The notes beneath the pieces are model-generated. The model was given only the letters and a program-made list of their open reading frames with translations. It had not been told where the DNA came from and searched no databases. A stretch of DNA of 64,000 bases, taken from IMG/VR virus record IMGVR_UViG_3300031370_000004, positions 1 through 64,000 of that record. One strand, given 5' to 3'. The first letter of the stretch is position 1, and each line of letters begins with the position of its first letter. Shown one piece after another: positions 29,718 through 39,848 of this stretch. Source of the stretch: an uncultured virus (IMG/VR IMGVR_UViG_3300031370_000004) (lineage: Duplodnaviria; Heunggongvirae; Uroviricota; Caudoviricetes). Made by a program: the position numbers and the translations under genes.

Positions 29718-29740
29718 CGCATACCGGTTAAGAAACCCTG

Positions 29741-29766
29741 AAAGCCCCGCAAGCCGGGGCTTTTTT
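29741..29766 (+). terminator. Rho-independent terminator after ssb
   Basis: AAGCCCCG-N5-CGGGGCTT followed by T residues. Confidence 0.75.
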
Positions 29767-29866
29767 ATGCGTGAATTTCATCTCAGCCCCTACGCAGGAG
29801 ATCGCAACTGGCAATATTTGGCTGTATATTACGCATAATAAAAGTTTAGTGTTTAGTGGTGATCCA

Positions 29867-30175
29867 ATGGCAGAGAAAACTTTAACCATGGCGCAGCTGT
29901 CGGCCATGCATGACGAAGAAATCAGGCAGGCAATGGCTCAGCATCAGACACGAATGCGTCTGATGGCAGCCCGGCACCGTTCTGAACTGATGGCCATCGC
30001 TCTTGCTGGTAAAGAGGGGGACTTTATCCAGACGCTTGCCGGCATGGTCAAAGCTCCTCTTGAGGTTATCGCGCAGGTTGAAGGCGGCGGGCCGGAGCAG
30101 GGGGATGCTTTATCACTAATCCGGCTGCTGGAGCAGGTCATGCAGGATAATTTTGAAGTCAGTGCTGGCTGCTGA
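29867..30175 (+). CDS. Hypothetical helical protein
   Basis: ATG just downstream of an operator motif. Confidence 0.55.
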   Translation: MAEKTLTMAQLSAMHDEEIRQAMAQHQTRMRLMAARHRSELMAIALAGKEGDFIQTLAGMVKAPLEVIAQVEGGGPEQGDALSLIRLLEQVMQDNFEVSAGC

Positions 30176-30349
30176 GCGCAGCAGCGACACCGTTAACAAC
30201 CTACAGAATTTGGAAACACTAAATAAAACGTTTTGCATTGCAGAAACTGCAAAACCAGTTGCAAAGGAAATGAATAAGGGCTTATTATCCCTTTCGAGCA
30301 ACAAACACTAAATAAAATTTGTTTAGTAACGTCAATCTGAGAACACATT

Positions 30350-31087
30350 ATGACAAAGCAACCGACTGGCGGGGCATTAATGGCCCGCGCTACCCCAGCA
30401 GATATTGAGCGCTCCTCGGCGGTAACCCGCGCCGCTCAGCGTCTTCAGTACAGCTGGTGGACGCCTGCAAAGGCTGCCCCTTCGATTGATTCGATAAGTG
30501 ATATCCCGCGTGAATGGCGCCTGTTCTTTGGTCGCTGTGTACAACTGATCGTCGATAACGGCTCTTACAACCGTATCAACGATGGCTATCTTTCTCTTTT
30601 GTCTGCGACCGACCCGGACAAAGAATACCTGGCATTGCACCCCTCATTGCGTGAATCGCTGAGCCTTTCGTCGCTTGTTCCTGTTTACGAGTCAGCGCTT
30701 CAGGAAGCGAACCAAAAAATCTCGCAATTGTACGACATCATTTTTCAGGAAATCCCTGGCCTTTCCCCGTCGCTTAAAGGCGCCCCGGATCTTTCCGCTG
30801 AATATGAAAACGAACTGCGCAGCGAACTGCGCGAGCTGCTTAACGAGCATATGGTCAGCGCCCTGGCTGTCGATGAGTCTGCGACCGACTTACCAGAATC
30901 GTCCTGGCTTAAGCAGACATGGCCAGCGGAAGTAAGCGTCGTTTTTTCCGCCGTTCCTGGCGCGGATGCGCTGAGCGAGCATCACAAACATCGCCTCAAT
31001 AGCCACATAAACCGCATGTTGCTTGAGCGCATGCCCACCGCCAGCATCATAAATGCGGCCACCAGCCTGATAAAAGGGATGGAATAA
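30350..31087 (+). CDS. Hypothetical protein
   Basis: 245-aa ORF downstream of promoter TTGCAA(30259)-N18-TATTAT and operator motifs. Confidence 0.65.
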   Translation: MTKQPTGGALMARATPADIERSSAVTRAAQRLQYSWWTPAKAAPSIDSISDIPREWRLFFGRCVQLIVDNGSYNRINDGYLSLLSATDPDKEYLALHPSLRESLSLSSLVPVYESALQEANQKISQLYDIIFQEIPGLSPSLKGAPDLSAEYENELRSELRELLNEHMVSALAVDESATDLPESSWLKQTWPAEVSVVFSAVPGADALSEHHKHRLNSHINRMLLERMPTASIINAATSLIKGME

Positions 31088-31091
31088 GACC

Positions 31092-33134
31092 ATGAAAACG
31101 AGAGAAATCATTGTTGATAATTTTGCTGGTGGCGGTGGCGCATCAACGGGCATTGAACTGGCTACGGGGCGTAGCGTGCATATCGCTATCAACCACGATA
31201 CCAACGCGATCGCAATGCACTCGACTAACCACCCTGAAACCGTGCACTACTGCGAGTCAGTGTTCGATATTAACCCTGTCCAGGCATGTGCTGGTAAGCC
31301 GGTTGGCCTGGCCTGGTTTTCGCCAGACTGCCGCCATTTTTCTAAAGCAAAAGGCGGTAAGCCGGTTGAGAAAGAGATCCGCGGTCTGGCATGGATCGTT
31401 ATCCGTTGGGCTATGGCTGTTCGCCCACGCGTAATGATGCTTGAGAACGTTGAGGAATTTAAGACATGGGGGCCGCTTATCACAACCGGCGCCAGCCCTG
31501 AGTTGCCAGCCGAGGAGTTACCTAATTTTTGTGGTCCCGCCTGGCCGGGATACTGCTTCCCTGATCCTGAGCGCGCCGGTGAAACCTTTAATGCGTTCGT
31601 CGGCATGCTGTCCGCAGGGATAAGCGCTGATCACCCGGCGCTGCAGGAGTGTTGCGATTTTTTAGAAATCAGCACAGATAGCATCCAGGCGCAGCAGCTG
31701 GTGAACGGGCTCGGTTACAAGGTCGATTTTCGTGAGCTGCGCGCGTGTGACTATGGCACTCCAACGATTCGTAAGCGCTTCTTTATGGTCATGCGCTGCG
31801 ACAACCAGCCGATCGTCTGGCCAGCTGTAACCCACGGCGATCCTAAAACAGCTGCCGTTAAAAGTGGCCTGCTACAGCCATGGCGCACCGCGGCGGAATG
31901 TATCGACTGGTCAATCATCGCGCCTTCTATCTTTGGCCGCAAAAAGGCATTGGCGGAGAACACGCTTAAACGCATTGCTCGCGGCATTCAGCGCTTCGTT
32001 ATTGATAGCGACACGCCATTCATCGTGAAGTGCAACCACACAGGTGCTGGTTATGACGTTTTCCGTGGGCAGGATATTCAGGAACCACTGCAAACCATCA
32101 CGAAGAAACATGGTTACGCGATCGCGGTACCGCATCTGACAAAATTCCGCACCGGCGCGACCGGACAGCCAGTTACTGAACCGGTACCAACGGTAACTGC
32201 TGGCGCGTCAGCGCGCCCAGGCGGGAATGGGCATGCGCTGGGCATTGTAGATGCCACGCTGGCACCTTTCATGGCCGGTAACGGCGGCAGCGAGTACCAG
32301 GCGAAGCCGCGCCCACTTGATAAACCCGTTCATACCATCCTGAAAGAGTCTCGGGCATGTGTTGTTGCGCCAGTTATTGCCCGGCAGTTCGGGGCCAGCA
32401 TTGGCCACCGCGCTGACGAGCCGAGCGCGACGATCACCGCGGGCGGCGGCGGGAAGAGTCAGCTTATTACTCCGACGCTCATCCAGGTTGGTTATGGCGA
32501 GCGACCAGGGCAGGCGCCCCGGGTTCCCGGGCTGGATAAGCCGCTGGGCACCGTTGTTGCTGGTGGTGGTAAGCATGCGGTCATTGGCGCTTTTCTGGCG
32601 AAGCACTATGGCGGGAATTATCAGGGCGCCGGGGTGGGCATGGATGAGCCTATGCATTCCGTGACGACGGTAGATCACCACGCCGCAGTAACGTCACATC
32701 TGGTCATGCTTCGCGGCACCTGCCGGGACGGACGGGTGGTAGATGCTCCGGCGCCAGGATTAACCGCTGGTGGCCTGCATGTAGGAAGCGTCGAAGCCAG
32801 TCTTGCAACTGATGGGTATGACGAGCAACGCGCAGCGCAGACGCTGGCATTTCTGCGCCAATACTGCGGCGAGGATTCTGACGGGCTGGTGACTATAGAT
32901 GGCGTGGTGTACCGCATTGTCGATATCGGCATGCGCATGCTGCAGCCCAAAGAACTCTATCGGGCCCAGGGTTTCCCGGACTGGTACATCATCGATCGCG
33001 ATTTCCGCGGCACCAAATACGCAAAAGACAAGCAAGTGGCGCGTTGTGGCAATGCCGTCCCTCCGCAGCTGGTTGAGGCACTCGTCAGAGCCAACCTCCC
33101 GGATATGTGCCAGCTGACCGATCAGGTTGCATAA
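31092..33134 (+). CDS. Orphan DNA cytosine-C5 methyltransferase with long repetitive variable region
   Basis: DNFAGGGG, SPDC, ENV, RKRFF and CGNAVPP motifs. Confidence 0.93.
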   Translation: MKTREIIVDNFAGGGGASTGIELATGRSVHIAINHDTNAIAMHSTNHPETVHYCESVFDINPVQACAGKPVGLAWFSPDCRHFSKAKGGKPVEKEIRGLAWIVIRWAMAVRPRVMMLENVEEFKTWGPLITTGASPELPAEELPNFCGPAWPGYCFPDPERAGETFNAFVGMLSAGISADHPALQECCDFLEISTDSIQAQQLVNGLGYKVDFRELRACDYGTPTIRKRFFMVMRCDNQPIVWPAVTHGDPKTAAVKSGLLQPWRTAAECIDWSIIAPSIFGRKKALAENTLKRIARGIQRFVIDSDTPFIVKCNHTGAGYDVFRGQDIQEPLQTITKKHGYAIAVPHLTKFRTGATGQPVTEPVPTVTAGASARPGGNGHALGIVDATLAPFMAGNGGSEYQAKPRPLDKPVHTILKESRACVVAPVIARQFGASIGHRADEPSATITAGGGGKSQLITPTLIQVGYGERPGQAPRVPGLDKPLGTVVAGGGKHAVIGAFLAKHYGGNYQGAGVGMDEPMHSVTTVDHHAAVTSHLVMLRGTCRDGRVVDAPAPGLTAGGLHVGSVEASLATDGYDEQRAAQTLAFLRQYCGEDSDGLVTIDGVVYRIVDIGMRMLQPKELYRAQGFPDWYIIDRDFRGTKYAKDKQVARCGNAVPPQLVEALVRANLPDMCQLTDQVA

Positions 33135-33148
33135 CGGGGAATGACAAG

Positions 33149-33805
33149 ATGAAAAAGCCATTAAGCGATCGCTTCTACATGATGTGCCTGCGGGAAACCG
33201 TGGGCAGTAATGCCTCATTCCATCGTCAGGACGGCAAGGGTTACAGCACCAACGTCAGCGAGGCACATGTTTATACGCTGGCCGAAGCGCAACGGGACTG
33301 GGAACTAGGCCGTGAAATCGATCAGCCGGTTTCCGCCGATGCTGTCGATGCGCTGACGGTATTTCACGTTGACCATCAGCACATCCCAGGCGAAAGCGTG
33401 ATAGAGCCGTGCTGCACTGAGTATGTCGCTTTTCTCAAGGGCGAATGGAACGGTAACGACGTGTACTGGTTATCGGATCTGTTGCCAACCGATGATTTCA
33501 GCAAAGCCCGGGTATTCAGCGAACCGGTCACTCAAGAGCGCAATCTTGTCTGGCTGCCCCGCGCGCTGGCTGAGGCCAAAAAACGCCCGACGTTCAATAT
33601 CAACCTGCTGAATCCCCGCCAGATGATCCAGGGCGCAGGCCTTCGAGTTCCTGACTGGTTAAAGAAACAGAGAAGGCGCAAGGCACCCAGCGATAAGGTC
33701 CGTTGGAACTGTCCGCACTGCGGAAGAATTACCTGGCAGTACAACCCTTACGATTTTGAAGGGTGTAACGACATCACCTGCGAGGGCTGGAGGCGCCCAT
33801 GGTGA
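33149..33805 (+). CDS. Hypothetical phage protein with C-terminal zinc ribbon
   Basis: CPHC...C...C at the C-terminus. Confidence 0.7.
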   Translation: MKKPLSDRFYMMCLRETVGSNASFHRQDGKGYSTNVSEAHVYTLAEAQRDWELGREIDQPVSADAVDALTVFHVDHQHIPGESVIEPCCTEYVAFLKGEWNGNDVYWLSDLLPTDDFSKARVFSEPVTQERNLVWLPRALAEAKKRPTFNINLLNPRQMIQGAGLRVPDWLKKQRRRKAPSDKVRWNCPHCGRITWQYNPYDFEGCNDITCEGWRRPW

Positions 33806-34161
33806 GTTCCAGCGAGCAAATGGATAAAGACCAGCAGGCTGCGCTGCACCGCCAGCTGGTTCGCCTCGGAGACATGATTGGTGATGGGCTGGCTGATGAG
33901 CCTGGCGGGCGCTGGATCCGCCAGGAGTATCGACGAGTCATGAGGGCTTTAGGGCATGAGGTGCCGCGGCGCCGTCGGCCACCAGATCCACAAATGACCG
34001 AGCAGATAAACACCAGAATGAGCCAGCGTATCACAGAAGTTAAATGCCCTGTCTGCCAGACCCTCAGCCTTAAGCAATCCAGATCGGGATCCATGAGGGC
34101 AAATTGTCAGAGTTGTGGGCGAAGTATCCAGTTACTCAGGAAAGGCAGGGCAAAAAAATGA
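33799..34161 (+). CDS. Zinc-ribbon hypothetical protein
   Basis: CPVC...CQSC. Overlaps both neighbours. Confidence 0.65.
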   Translation: MVSSSEQMDKDQQAALHRQLVRLGDMIGDGLADEPGGRWIRQEYRRVMRALGHEVPRRRRPPDPQMTEQINTRMSQRITEVKCPVCQTLSLKQSRSGSMRANCQSCGRSIQLLRKGRAKK

Positions 34162-34529
34162 CCGAACAGAGACTTACGATATCAGCGCTACAGGATATGC
34201 AAGCCATCATGGCCGCCGCTCAACATCCACACGTCGCTCAAGCGATCGGTGAGCTGATCACCCTGCGTGAACTGGAAGAGCGCATAGAGGCGGTAATGAA
34301 GCCAGATTGCCCGGGGTTTGAGTCTGCGTGCAGAGCACTGTGGGATCGTGAACCGCATCATCTCCTTGCCCGTCACGGTTATCCAGTGGATTTCGATTCC
34401 CAACCGGCGGCCATAAAAGCCGGACTTAAACGCCAGGTTATGACGGTGCTGAGGACAATTTCCGCAGAGGTGAAAGGTGGTGAACTGGCTGAAATCTATC
34501 TTAAGCAACAACCCGGAGCGAAATCATGA
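34158..34529 (+). CDS. Hypothetical protein
   Basis: ATGA overlap coupling. Confidence 0.6.
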   Translation: MTEQRLTISALQDMQAIMAAAQHPHVAQAIGELITLRELEERIEAVMKPDCPGFESACRALWDREPHHLLARHGYPVDFDSQPAAIKAGLKRQVMTVLRTISAEVKGGELAEIYLKQQPGAKS

Positions 34530-34729
34530 GCAAAGTTAAAACCCATACCGGCATCGTCGTAACCAAAGACGGCGATAAAAAAGTGAAGCTGCATGAGACG
34601 CCGACGACCTGGTGTGCAGGCCCACGAGAAACCTACCGCAAAGAAGATGGTCGCCGCAGCGGGGCACCGATGACCGCCCGCCGCCTGAAGCTGGCCACCA
34701 TCAAACCCATTGCCGGTGATAACGCATGA
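34526..34729 (+). CDS. Small basic hypothetical protein
   Basis: ATGA overlap coupling, GGAG RBS. Confidence 0.6.
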   Translation: MSKVKTHTGIVVTKDGDKKVKLHETPTTWCAGPRETYRKEDGRRSGAPMTARRLKLATIKPIAGDNA

Positions 34730-34965
34730 TCACCGGTCGCTATGTCCTGTATCTGACCTGCGATTGCCGTGACTGCGCCGAGCTGAAGGCGCTGGCTACC
34801 GAGATCGGGGTTGGCTCGCTGGTAAAGCCAAAGCTGGAAGTGTTTGAAAGCACGTCTCGCACCGCAGCACACGAAAAAGCCATCGAAGCGGGCTGGCAAA
34901 TCAGCAAAAACCGTGAACGCGCAACCGCGCCGGGCCATATCAGAGCAAGAAGGAAAAAATCATGA
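34726..34965 (+). CDS. Small hypothetical protein
   Basis: ATGA overlap coupling, CDCRDC motif. Confidence 0.55.
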   Translation: MITGRYVLYLTCDCRDCAELKALATEIGVGSLVKPKLEVFESTSRTAAHEKAIEAGWQISKNRERATAPGHIRARRKKS

Positions 34966-35558
34966 CCCAATTAAAAAACGAACGCCTTGAACTCATCCGT
35001 GACGTTACGGTTTCCCCTGAGGTAAGGGCAATGGCATGTGAGCTGCTGGAGTTGCGTGCCCAAAATGCAAAGCTGGTGGCGGAGAGCGCGGCCCTGAAAT
35101 CAGGCTGCTCGTTTTTCTCATACGGCTCTGAGCACAATTTCGAATGGCATAAAACGGCAGAGGAAGCGATTGAATCAGCAGAGGGGGCCATTGCCGACTA
35201 TCGCGGCGAGGCCTGCGATGGCTGGAGTGAAGAGGTAGACAGCGTTTGCTGGGGTTTAATCATACAGACCGCCACAAAAGTTGGCGAGCGCCCGCGCACA
35301 GAAGATGACAGCTGCGATCCGGCGATCGCTACGGTTTGCGATTACGCCCTGTTGCCAAATATCGATTATGCCGAGGCTGGTACTTTCTTTGCGGCAGTGC
35401 AGGCTCAGGGGGTGGAGAGGTTCGCGAAGCACAACGATGAATGGGCCGAGCATTATGAAAAGCAAGGCGCTCGCGATGGAAGTGCGGATCGCCGTCGGAG
35501 CATCGCTAACGACGCTCATCGTTTTGCCGCCAGACTTCGCCAGGAGGAAGCCCTGTGA
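34962..35558 (+). CDS. Eae/Ead-like modular protein
   Basis: LVAESAALK...FFAAVQAQGVERFA...FAARLRQE framing motifs. Confidence 0.65.
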   Translation: MTQLKNERLELIRDVTVSPEVRAMACELLELRAQNAKLVAESAALKSGCSFFSYGSEHNFEWHKTAEEAIESAEGAIADYRGEACDGWSEEVDSVCWGLIIQTATKVGERPRTEDDSCDPAIATVCDYALLPNIDYAEAGTFFAAVQAQGVERFAKHNDEWAEHYEKQGARDGSADRRRSIANDAHRFAARLRQEEAL

Positions 35559-36277
35559 GCCAGCGCCGCGAACGCGACCTTATGTGTCGCTTCATATCGG
35601 AGGTATGCCATCACCGCATGACCGTCCTGCAGGATAACGACGTATACCGCCACCTGCGTTTCAAGGAGCCCGGCACCTCTTGTTATTACTTCGACATCGT
35701 CACCTGGCCCGGGTATCTGGCCGTCACCGGCGATATGGGAACGTGGACGTTCAGCCGCAATCACGACATGTTCAGATTCTTTGGGGGAGCCTTTGAAAAG
35801 GGGATCAATGCGGGCTACTGGTCTGAAAAGCTGGAAGCTGGTGCGGGCCGTTCAGCGCATGACGTCCTGGCGCAGGAATACGATCACGATGAATTTTGCG
35901 TGAGCCTGAAAGAACAGCTCAGCTCTTACTTTGAAGAGGGCGAAGAAGATGTGACGGACGTTGACTGGGACGACGAAAGCGACGAGCCGGACAGCGACAA
36001 GGCCCGCATTCGTGAAATCGTACGCGACCTGTGCCGTGAGGACTACCGAAGCGACGTATTAGCGTATCACGCCGTTTATGAAGCGTACTGGCCTAAGTGT
36101 GTGGATACATGGGAGCTGTGCAGCGACATAACCTACAAAAAATACAGTGTCCACTTCCTCTGGATTCTTCATGCAATCGTCTGGGGTATCGGTAAATACC
36201 ACAACTCGAAGCTGGTGGACCGGGCTATGGCCACCAGCCTGGCATTCAATAATATTCGCGGGGAGGCCGCACAATGA
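35555..36277 (+). CDS. Conserved hypothetical phage protein
   Basis: YRHLRFKEPGTSCYYFDIVTWPGYLAVTGDMG...YWSEKL. Confidence 0.7.
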   Translation: MSQRRERDLMCRFISEVCHHRMTVLQDNDVYRHLRFKEPGTSCYYFDIVTWPGYLAVTGDMGTWTFSRNHDMFRFFGGAFEKGINAGYWSEKLEAGAGRSAHDVLAQEYDHDEFCVSLKEQLSSYFEEGEEDVTDVDWDDESDEPDSDKARIREIVRDLCREDYRSDVLAYHAVYEAYWPKCVDTWELCSDITYKKYSVHFLWILHAIVWGIGKYHNSKLVDRAMATSLAFNNIRGEAAQ

Positions 36278-37185
36278 GCAAGTTAACCGATAGCTTCATC
36301 CTGAGAGCGGTATGGTATGCCGTTCTTAAGAAATTGCCGGTGGCCGTTACGCAAAACTACTTCGGAGATGGGCGCATTGTCGGGCTTTGCCCAAATGAAC
36401 AAAGCTGGATGCGCAGCAGCACGCAAATTTGCACCAGCTCCCGTAAGTCTCTGGGCCTTACGCTCAGCGAAGGCCAGTCCATGATCCGCATTAAAAAGCT
36501 GATCGCGGCGGGGCGGCTGGTGCGAGAAAGCGCGCTGTCGGGCGGGACGTTTTATTTCTGGCTGCCGGGCAACATCAACCAGGCGGCTTTCGAGCGCTGC
36601 CTGCAGCTGATGCACGACGAGGGATTAACGGAAAAAGCAGCCACCATCGCTAATTACGATGAGATTGTGAAACGGGTGCGCGAAAAGCTCATGGCGGAGT
36701 TTGGGGAGATCGAGCTGTCCGCAGATCTGGAGATCTCCGGCAAAACCGAGCAGGCGAAGAGCCTCCCACAAGATACGGGTTTTCGGCCTGATGGTGGCGA
36801 CATTGGGACGGGCCGTATCAGAGAAATAGCGAACAACCCATACGGCGACGAAGAGAAGTGGCGGATGGCGAAGTTGCTGCTGCGCTTCATGGGTGAGGAT
36901 AAAGACTGTCTACCGCGCGCCGCCGAGGCAGTAACGCTGGCACCACTTAACGACGATCTAATTGAAATTCTCGGACGCCCGAACTTCCTGTGCAGCCCGA
37001 TCGCTGAATGCCTGCGCATCGGTGGCGCTGACATTATGCGTAAGGCAGAACACGAGCAGGCGGCGGCTATTCACTGGATGCTCAACCTCTATCTTACCCA
37101 CGGTAGCGAGTGGCGCAGTGCCGCGCATGCCGAGCTGCAGCTGATTGACGCGAGCAACCAGCCTGCTCAGGAGGCTGCACAATGA
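36274..37185 (+). CDS. Multi-module hypothetical protein
   Basis: C-terminal ILGRPNF...KAEHEQAAAIHW module. ATGA overlaps. Confidence 0.65.
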   Translation: MSKLTDSFILRAVWYAVLKKLPVAVTQNYFGDGRIVGLCPNEQSWMRSSTQICTSSRKSLGLTLSEGQSMIRIKKLIAAGRLVRESALSGGTFYFWLPGNINQAAFERCLQLMHDEGLTEKAATIANYDEIVKRVREKLMAEFGEIELSADLEISGKTEQAKSLPQDTGFRPDGGDIGTGRIREIANNPYGDEEKWRMAKLLLRFMGEDKDCLPRAAEAVTLAPLNDDLIEILGRPNFLCSPIAECLRIGGADIMRKAEHEQAAAIHWMLNLYLTHGSEWRSAAHAELQLIDASNQPAQEAAQ

Positions 37186-37493
37186 GCACCATTATCTCAA
37201 AAAACCTACATATCACCATGCCCGACGACAGCGTGTGGGCGGTTCCCGTCCAGATGATCGCCACGCACCGCGCCGAGCATTACGCCCCGGAGTTCGGCGG
37301 CGATGTCCAGCGCAGCCTGGCCGAAGACACCCTCCCGTTGTTCCGTTCGGACGATTACGAAATTAAGGACTGGGCCGCCAACAACATGAACTGGGATGAC
37401 GTTAAGCACGCTGCCCGCTGCGTGACGCCGGGTAGCGTGGACTACGACGAAGGCTGGGCCAACGGCGAAAAGAGTGTGGAGGAGGCGGAGTGA
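37182..37493 (+). CDS. Hypothetical protein
   Basis: DWAANNMNWDDV motif. Coupled to neighbours. Confidence 0.65.
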   Translation: MSTIISKNLHITMPDDSVWAVPVQMIATHRAEHYAPEFGGDVQRSLAEDTLPLFRSDDYEIKDWAANNMNWDDVKHAARCVTPGSVDYDEGWANGEKSVEEAE

Positions 37494-37807
37494 GCCTCTT
37501 CCAGTGCGAAAATTGCGGGTGCTGTGAGAATACCGCGCTGTCCTCGCAGGGCTTTAAAGGCCCCTTTGCGGACTTTTTCGACTGGAGCTATGCGCCGGAA
37601 CGCAGGGGCATGTTGCTGTGCTCGGTCTGCGGGCCGGTGAAGTTCGCCAGCGGTGAGGCGACCGAATACGGTCAGTGGCATAACCGGTTCCCGCGCACCT
37701 TCCTGCCCAAAGGGCAGTTTGTCACGAACAGCGTCGGCAACCTCGCGCATCGTGAAACAGGCGATGAGGATTTTGCGAAGTACGCAGTGGAGGCCGTTAC
37801 ACAATGA
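37490..37807 (+). CDS. Zinc-binding hypothetical protein
   Basis: FQCENCGCCENTA...LCSVC...GQWHNRF. Confidence 0.65.
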   Translation: MSLFQCENCGCCENTALSSQGFKGPFADFFDWSYAPERRGMLLCSVCGPVKFASGEATEYGQWHNRFPRTFLPKGQFVTNSVGNLAHRETGDEDFAKYAVEAVTQ

Positions 37808-38085
37808 GCCAGAAGCTCACACTTCAATCAATGAACTTCAAACCAAAAATTCACAAATGGGGCGGCTGGTGGTGGTGCCAGGCGATCGGACTTCTAGGCG
37901 TGGGGGCCACGCCACGCGATGCATGGGAAGACATGCACGATGAATGGCGTAGGGATGATGTTTTTTCTGAGTTAACCGCCAGACAACGTTTTCTTATCAG
38001 TAGTTTAGAAAACAGAAAGGTTATCCGATTAAGGAATGGTAATCGCCTCGCCATACAAAATATTCGTGACGGAGGAATTAAGTGA
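37804..38085 (+). CDS. Hypothetical protein
   Basis: Coupled ORF with an AT-richer 3' half. Confidence 0.55.
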   Translation: MSQKLTLQSMNFKPKIHKWGGWWWCQAIGLLGVGATPRDAWEDMHDEWRRDDVFSELTARQRFLISSLENRKVIRLRNGNRLAIQNIRDGGIK

Positions 38086-38195
38086 TAGCGACGATTGGAA
38101 CGATTCTTGTCTGGGCGCTGATGATTATTGGCGGTATTGCCGGTGTGATTTGTGCAGTCGTCGGCTTAATGGTTTTGTGCAACATCAAACGGTAA
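38082..38195 (+). CDS. 37-aa hydrophobic membrane peptide (below the ORF-track cutoff)
   Basis: GTG start overlapping the previous stop, GGAGG RBS. MIATIGTILVWALMIIGGIAGVICAVVGLMVLCNIKR. Confidence 0.55.
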   Translation: MIATIGTILVWALMIIGGIAGVICAVVGLMVLCNIKR

Positions 38196-38205
38196 GGGCA
38201 TCAGC

Positions 38206-38709
38206 ATGAACAACAGAGAGCAATTAGCGAAAGATAACGGGATGACCATCGAGTTCGTGAATTGGTTCTTCGACAACAAGAAGGACGGATGTGGAACCGC
38301 CTGGTTCATGATGATGGCCGCTATGTGGGAAGGGTGGAAAGCGCAGGAAGAAAATGGCACGGCGCTGGCTGCGGAGAATGCGAGGTTGAAGGCTAAGGGC
38401 CGAGAGCTGCTGGATGAGGCATGCAAGGTCTACGAGAAATTCAACACCACCATAAACCCGGAAACTGGTGATTTCATGGATGGGCAGACACTTCATGAGT
38501 TCCAGTTTGTACTGGATGTTGATACCCCGGCCACCGACGCCTTCATGGCTGAAGTTCGGGCGCAGGGTGCTGATGCAGTTGCTGACCAGCACAGGAGAAA
38601 ATATGAAGAACTCAAGCCAATAAACGTGTTTTTCGCTGAAGAACACAAAGAAGCGCAGGGGGTTGCCGAATTTGTCGCCGCCCAACTGCGCCAGGAGGCA
38701 GCCCAATGA
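38206..38709 (+). CDS. Eae/Ead-like modular protein
   Basis: LAAENARLK...TPATDAFMAEVRAQGAD...FVAAQLRQEAAQ. Confidence 0.7.
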   Translation: MNNREQLAKDNGMTIEFVNWFFDNKKDGCGTAWFMMMAAMWEGWKAQEENGTALAAENARLKAKGRELLDEACKVYEKFNTTINPETGDFMDGQTLHEFQFVLDVDTPATDAFMAEVRAQGADAVADQHRRKYEELKPINVFFAEEHKEAQGVAEFVAAQLRQEAAQ

Positions 38710-39107
38710 CCAACAAACAGGCGCTGCGTGAAGCGGCAATCAAAGCAAAAGAGTTAGGGAATATTTCACGATATACCAAAGCGATGGTTGCCCGGTTGGA
38801 ATTCAAAGAGGCGGCAACGCCGGATGCCGTGCTGGCTCTGCTGGATGAGCTGGATAATCGCGAAAAACTTCGAGCGGCAGCAAACCGCGTTGTAAACCAG
38901 CAGGATATTGAGCTGCAGGAGCTTCGGCAGCGTGTGGCTGAGTTGGAGCAGAGCCACACGAAATTGCGTGAATCCATGGCTACGATTCACAACACGATCC
39001 GCATGGATGGCGCGCAAACGTCACTGGCAGTAATTCTTAATGCTGCGAAGCGTGCGTATGACCAATCAGCTACTGCCGCTGGCATCCGCACCAGCTGGGA
39101 GGGGTGA
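38706..39107 (+). CDS. Ead/Ea22-like protein
   Basis: KQALREAA...ATPDAVLALLDEL signature plus coiled coil. Confidence 0.75.
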   Translation: MTNKQALREAAIKAKELGNISRYTKAMVARLEFKEAATPDAVLALLDELDNREKLRAAANRVVNQQDIELQELRQRVAELEQSHTKLRESMATIHNTIRMDGAQTSLAVILNAAKRAYDQSATAAGIRTSWEG

Positions 39108-39108
39108 T

Positions 39109-39534
39109 ATGGCTGCTGAGGCCAAAATTTATGAAACCCACCTGGCACCGGTAAACAAAATGGCGGCAATCGTAACGGGTAAGGGATTTGAGTATCAACC
39201 TGACTGCCAGATTAACGGTGATGAGTATATCGGGCCTCCAGAAACAGTGCCGGTGAAAGCGCTTGCTATGAATCCTTCTTTTGTTGATCTAACGGGCAGA
39301 AAGAAGGGGAGATTTACTGTAATTGGCCTGATGAAAGAGAAAAAGGGCAGTTGGGTAGTCAGGTGTGTGTGCGGAACGTATACCACGCGCTCTGCAAAAT
39401 CTATCAAAGGGGCGGACAGCAACCCTAATGCGCACTTGGATGCATGCCGCCGGTGCATGCACGAAGCGTATCGCAAGCGGGAATACATTTACCGGACCAC
39501 GGGAAAAGATGTCGATCTCTCGGAGGTATTTTGA
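39109..39534 (+). CDS. Hypothetical protein with zinc-binding motifs
   Basis: DLTGRKKGRFTVIG...WVVRCVCG...CRRC. Confidence 0.6.
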   Translation: MAAEAKIYETHLAPVNKMAAIVTGKGFEYQPDCQINGDEYIGPPETVPVKALAMNPSFVDLTGRKKGRFTVIGLMKEKKGSWVVRCVCGTYTTRSAKSIKGADSNPNAHLDACRRCMHEAYRKREYIYRTTGKDVDLSEVF

Positions 39535-39848
39535 TGGCGGTTAAGAATCTTCAACTGGCCGTCAAAGGCGAATACTTCGACGCAATGAAGCGTGGCGAGA
39601 AGGTGGAAGAGTACCGCCTGGTCAATTCGTATTGGAGTAAGCGCCTGATTGAAGCAACCAGCGGTCTGCCGAGGGAGTTTGATCGCCTGATCATCACAAA
39701 AGGTTACCCGGACCGAAATGACGAGAGCCGCCGAATCGATGTTCTCTACCGTGGCTACGAAATCAAGACAATCACACATCCGCACTTTGGCCCCGCGCCG
39801 GTGAGGGTATTTGCGATAAAGGTATCGCTAAGGCTCACCCATGACTGA
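39534..39848 (+). CDS. ASCH-domain protein
   Basis: LQLAVKGEYFDAMKRGEKVEEYR (GxKxxExR). Confidence 0.85.
   Translation: MAVKNLQLAVKGEYFDAMKRGEKVEEYRLVNSYWSKRLIEATSGLPREFDRLIITKGYPDRNDESRRIDVLYRGYEIKTITHPHFGPAPVRVFAIKVSLRLTHD

Noticed and set aside
31092..33134. Restriction-modification system
   Set aside because: No cognate endonuclease is adjacent. It looks like a typical orphan phage methyltransferase.
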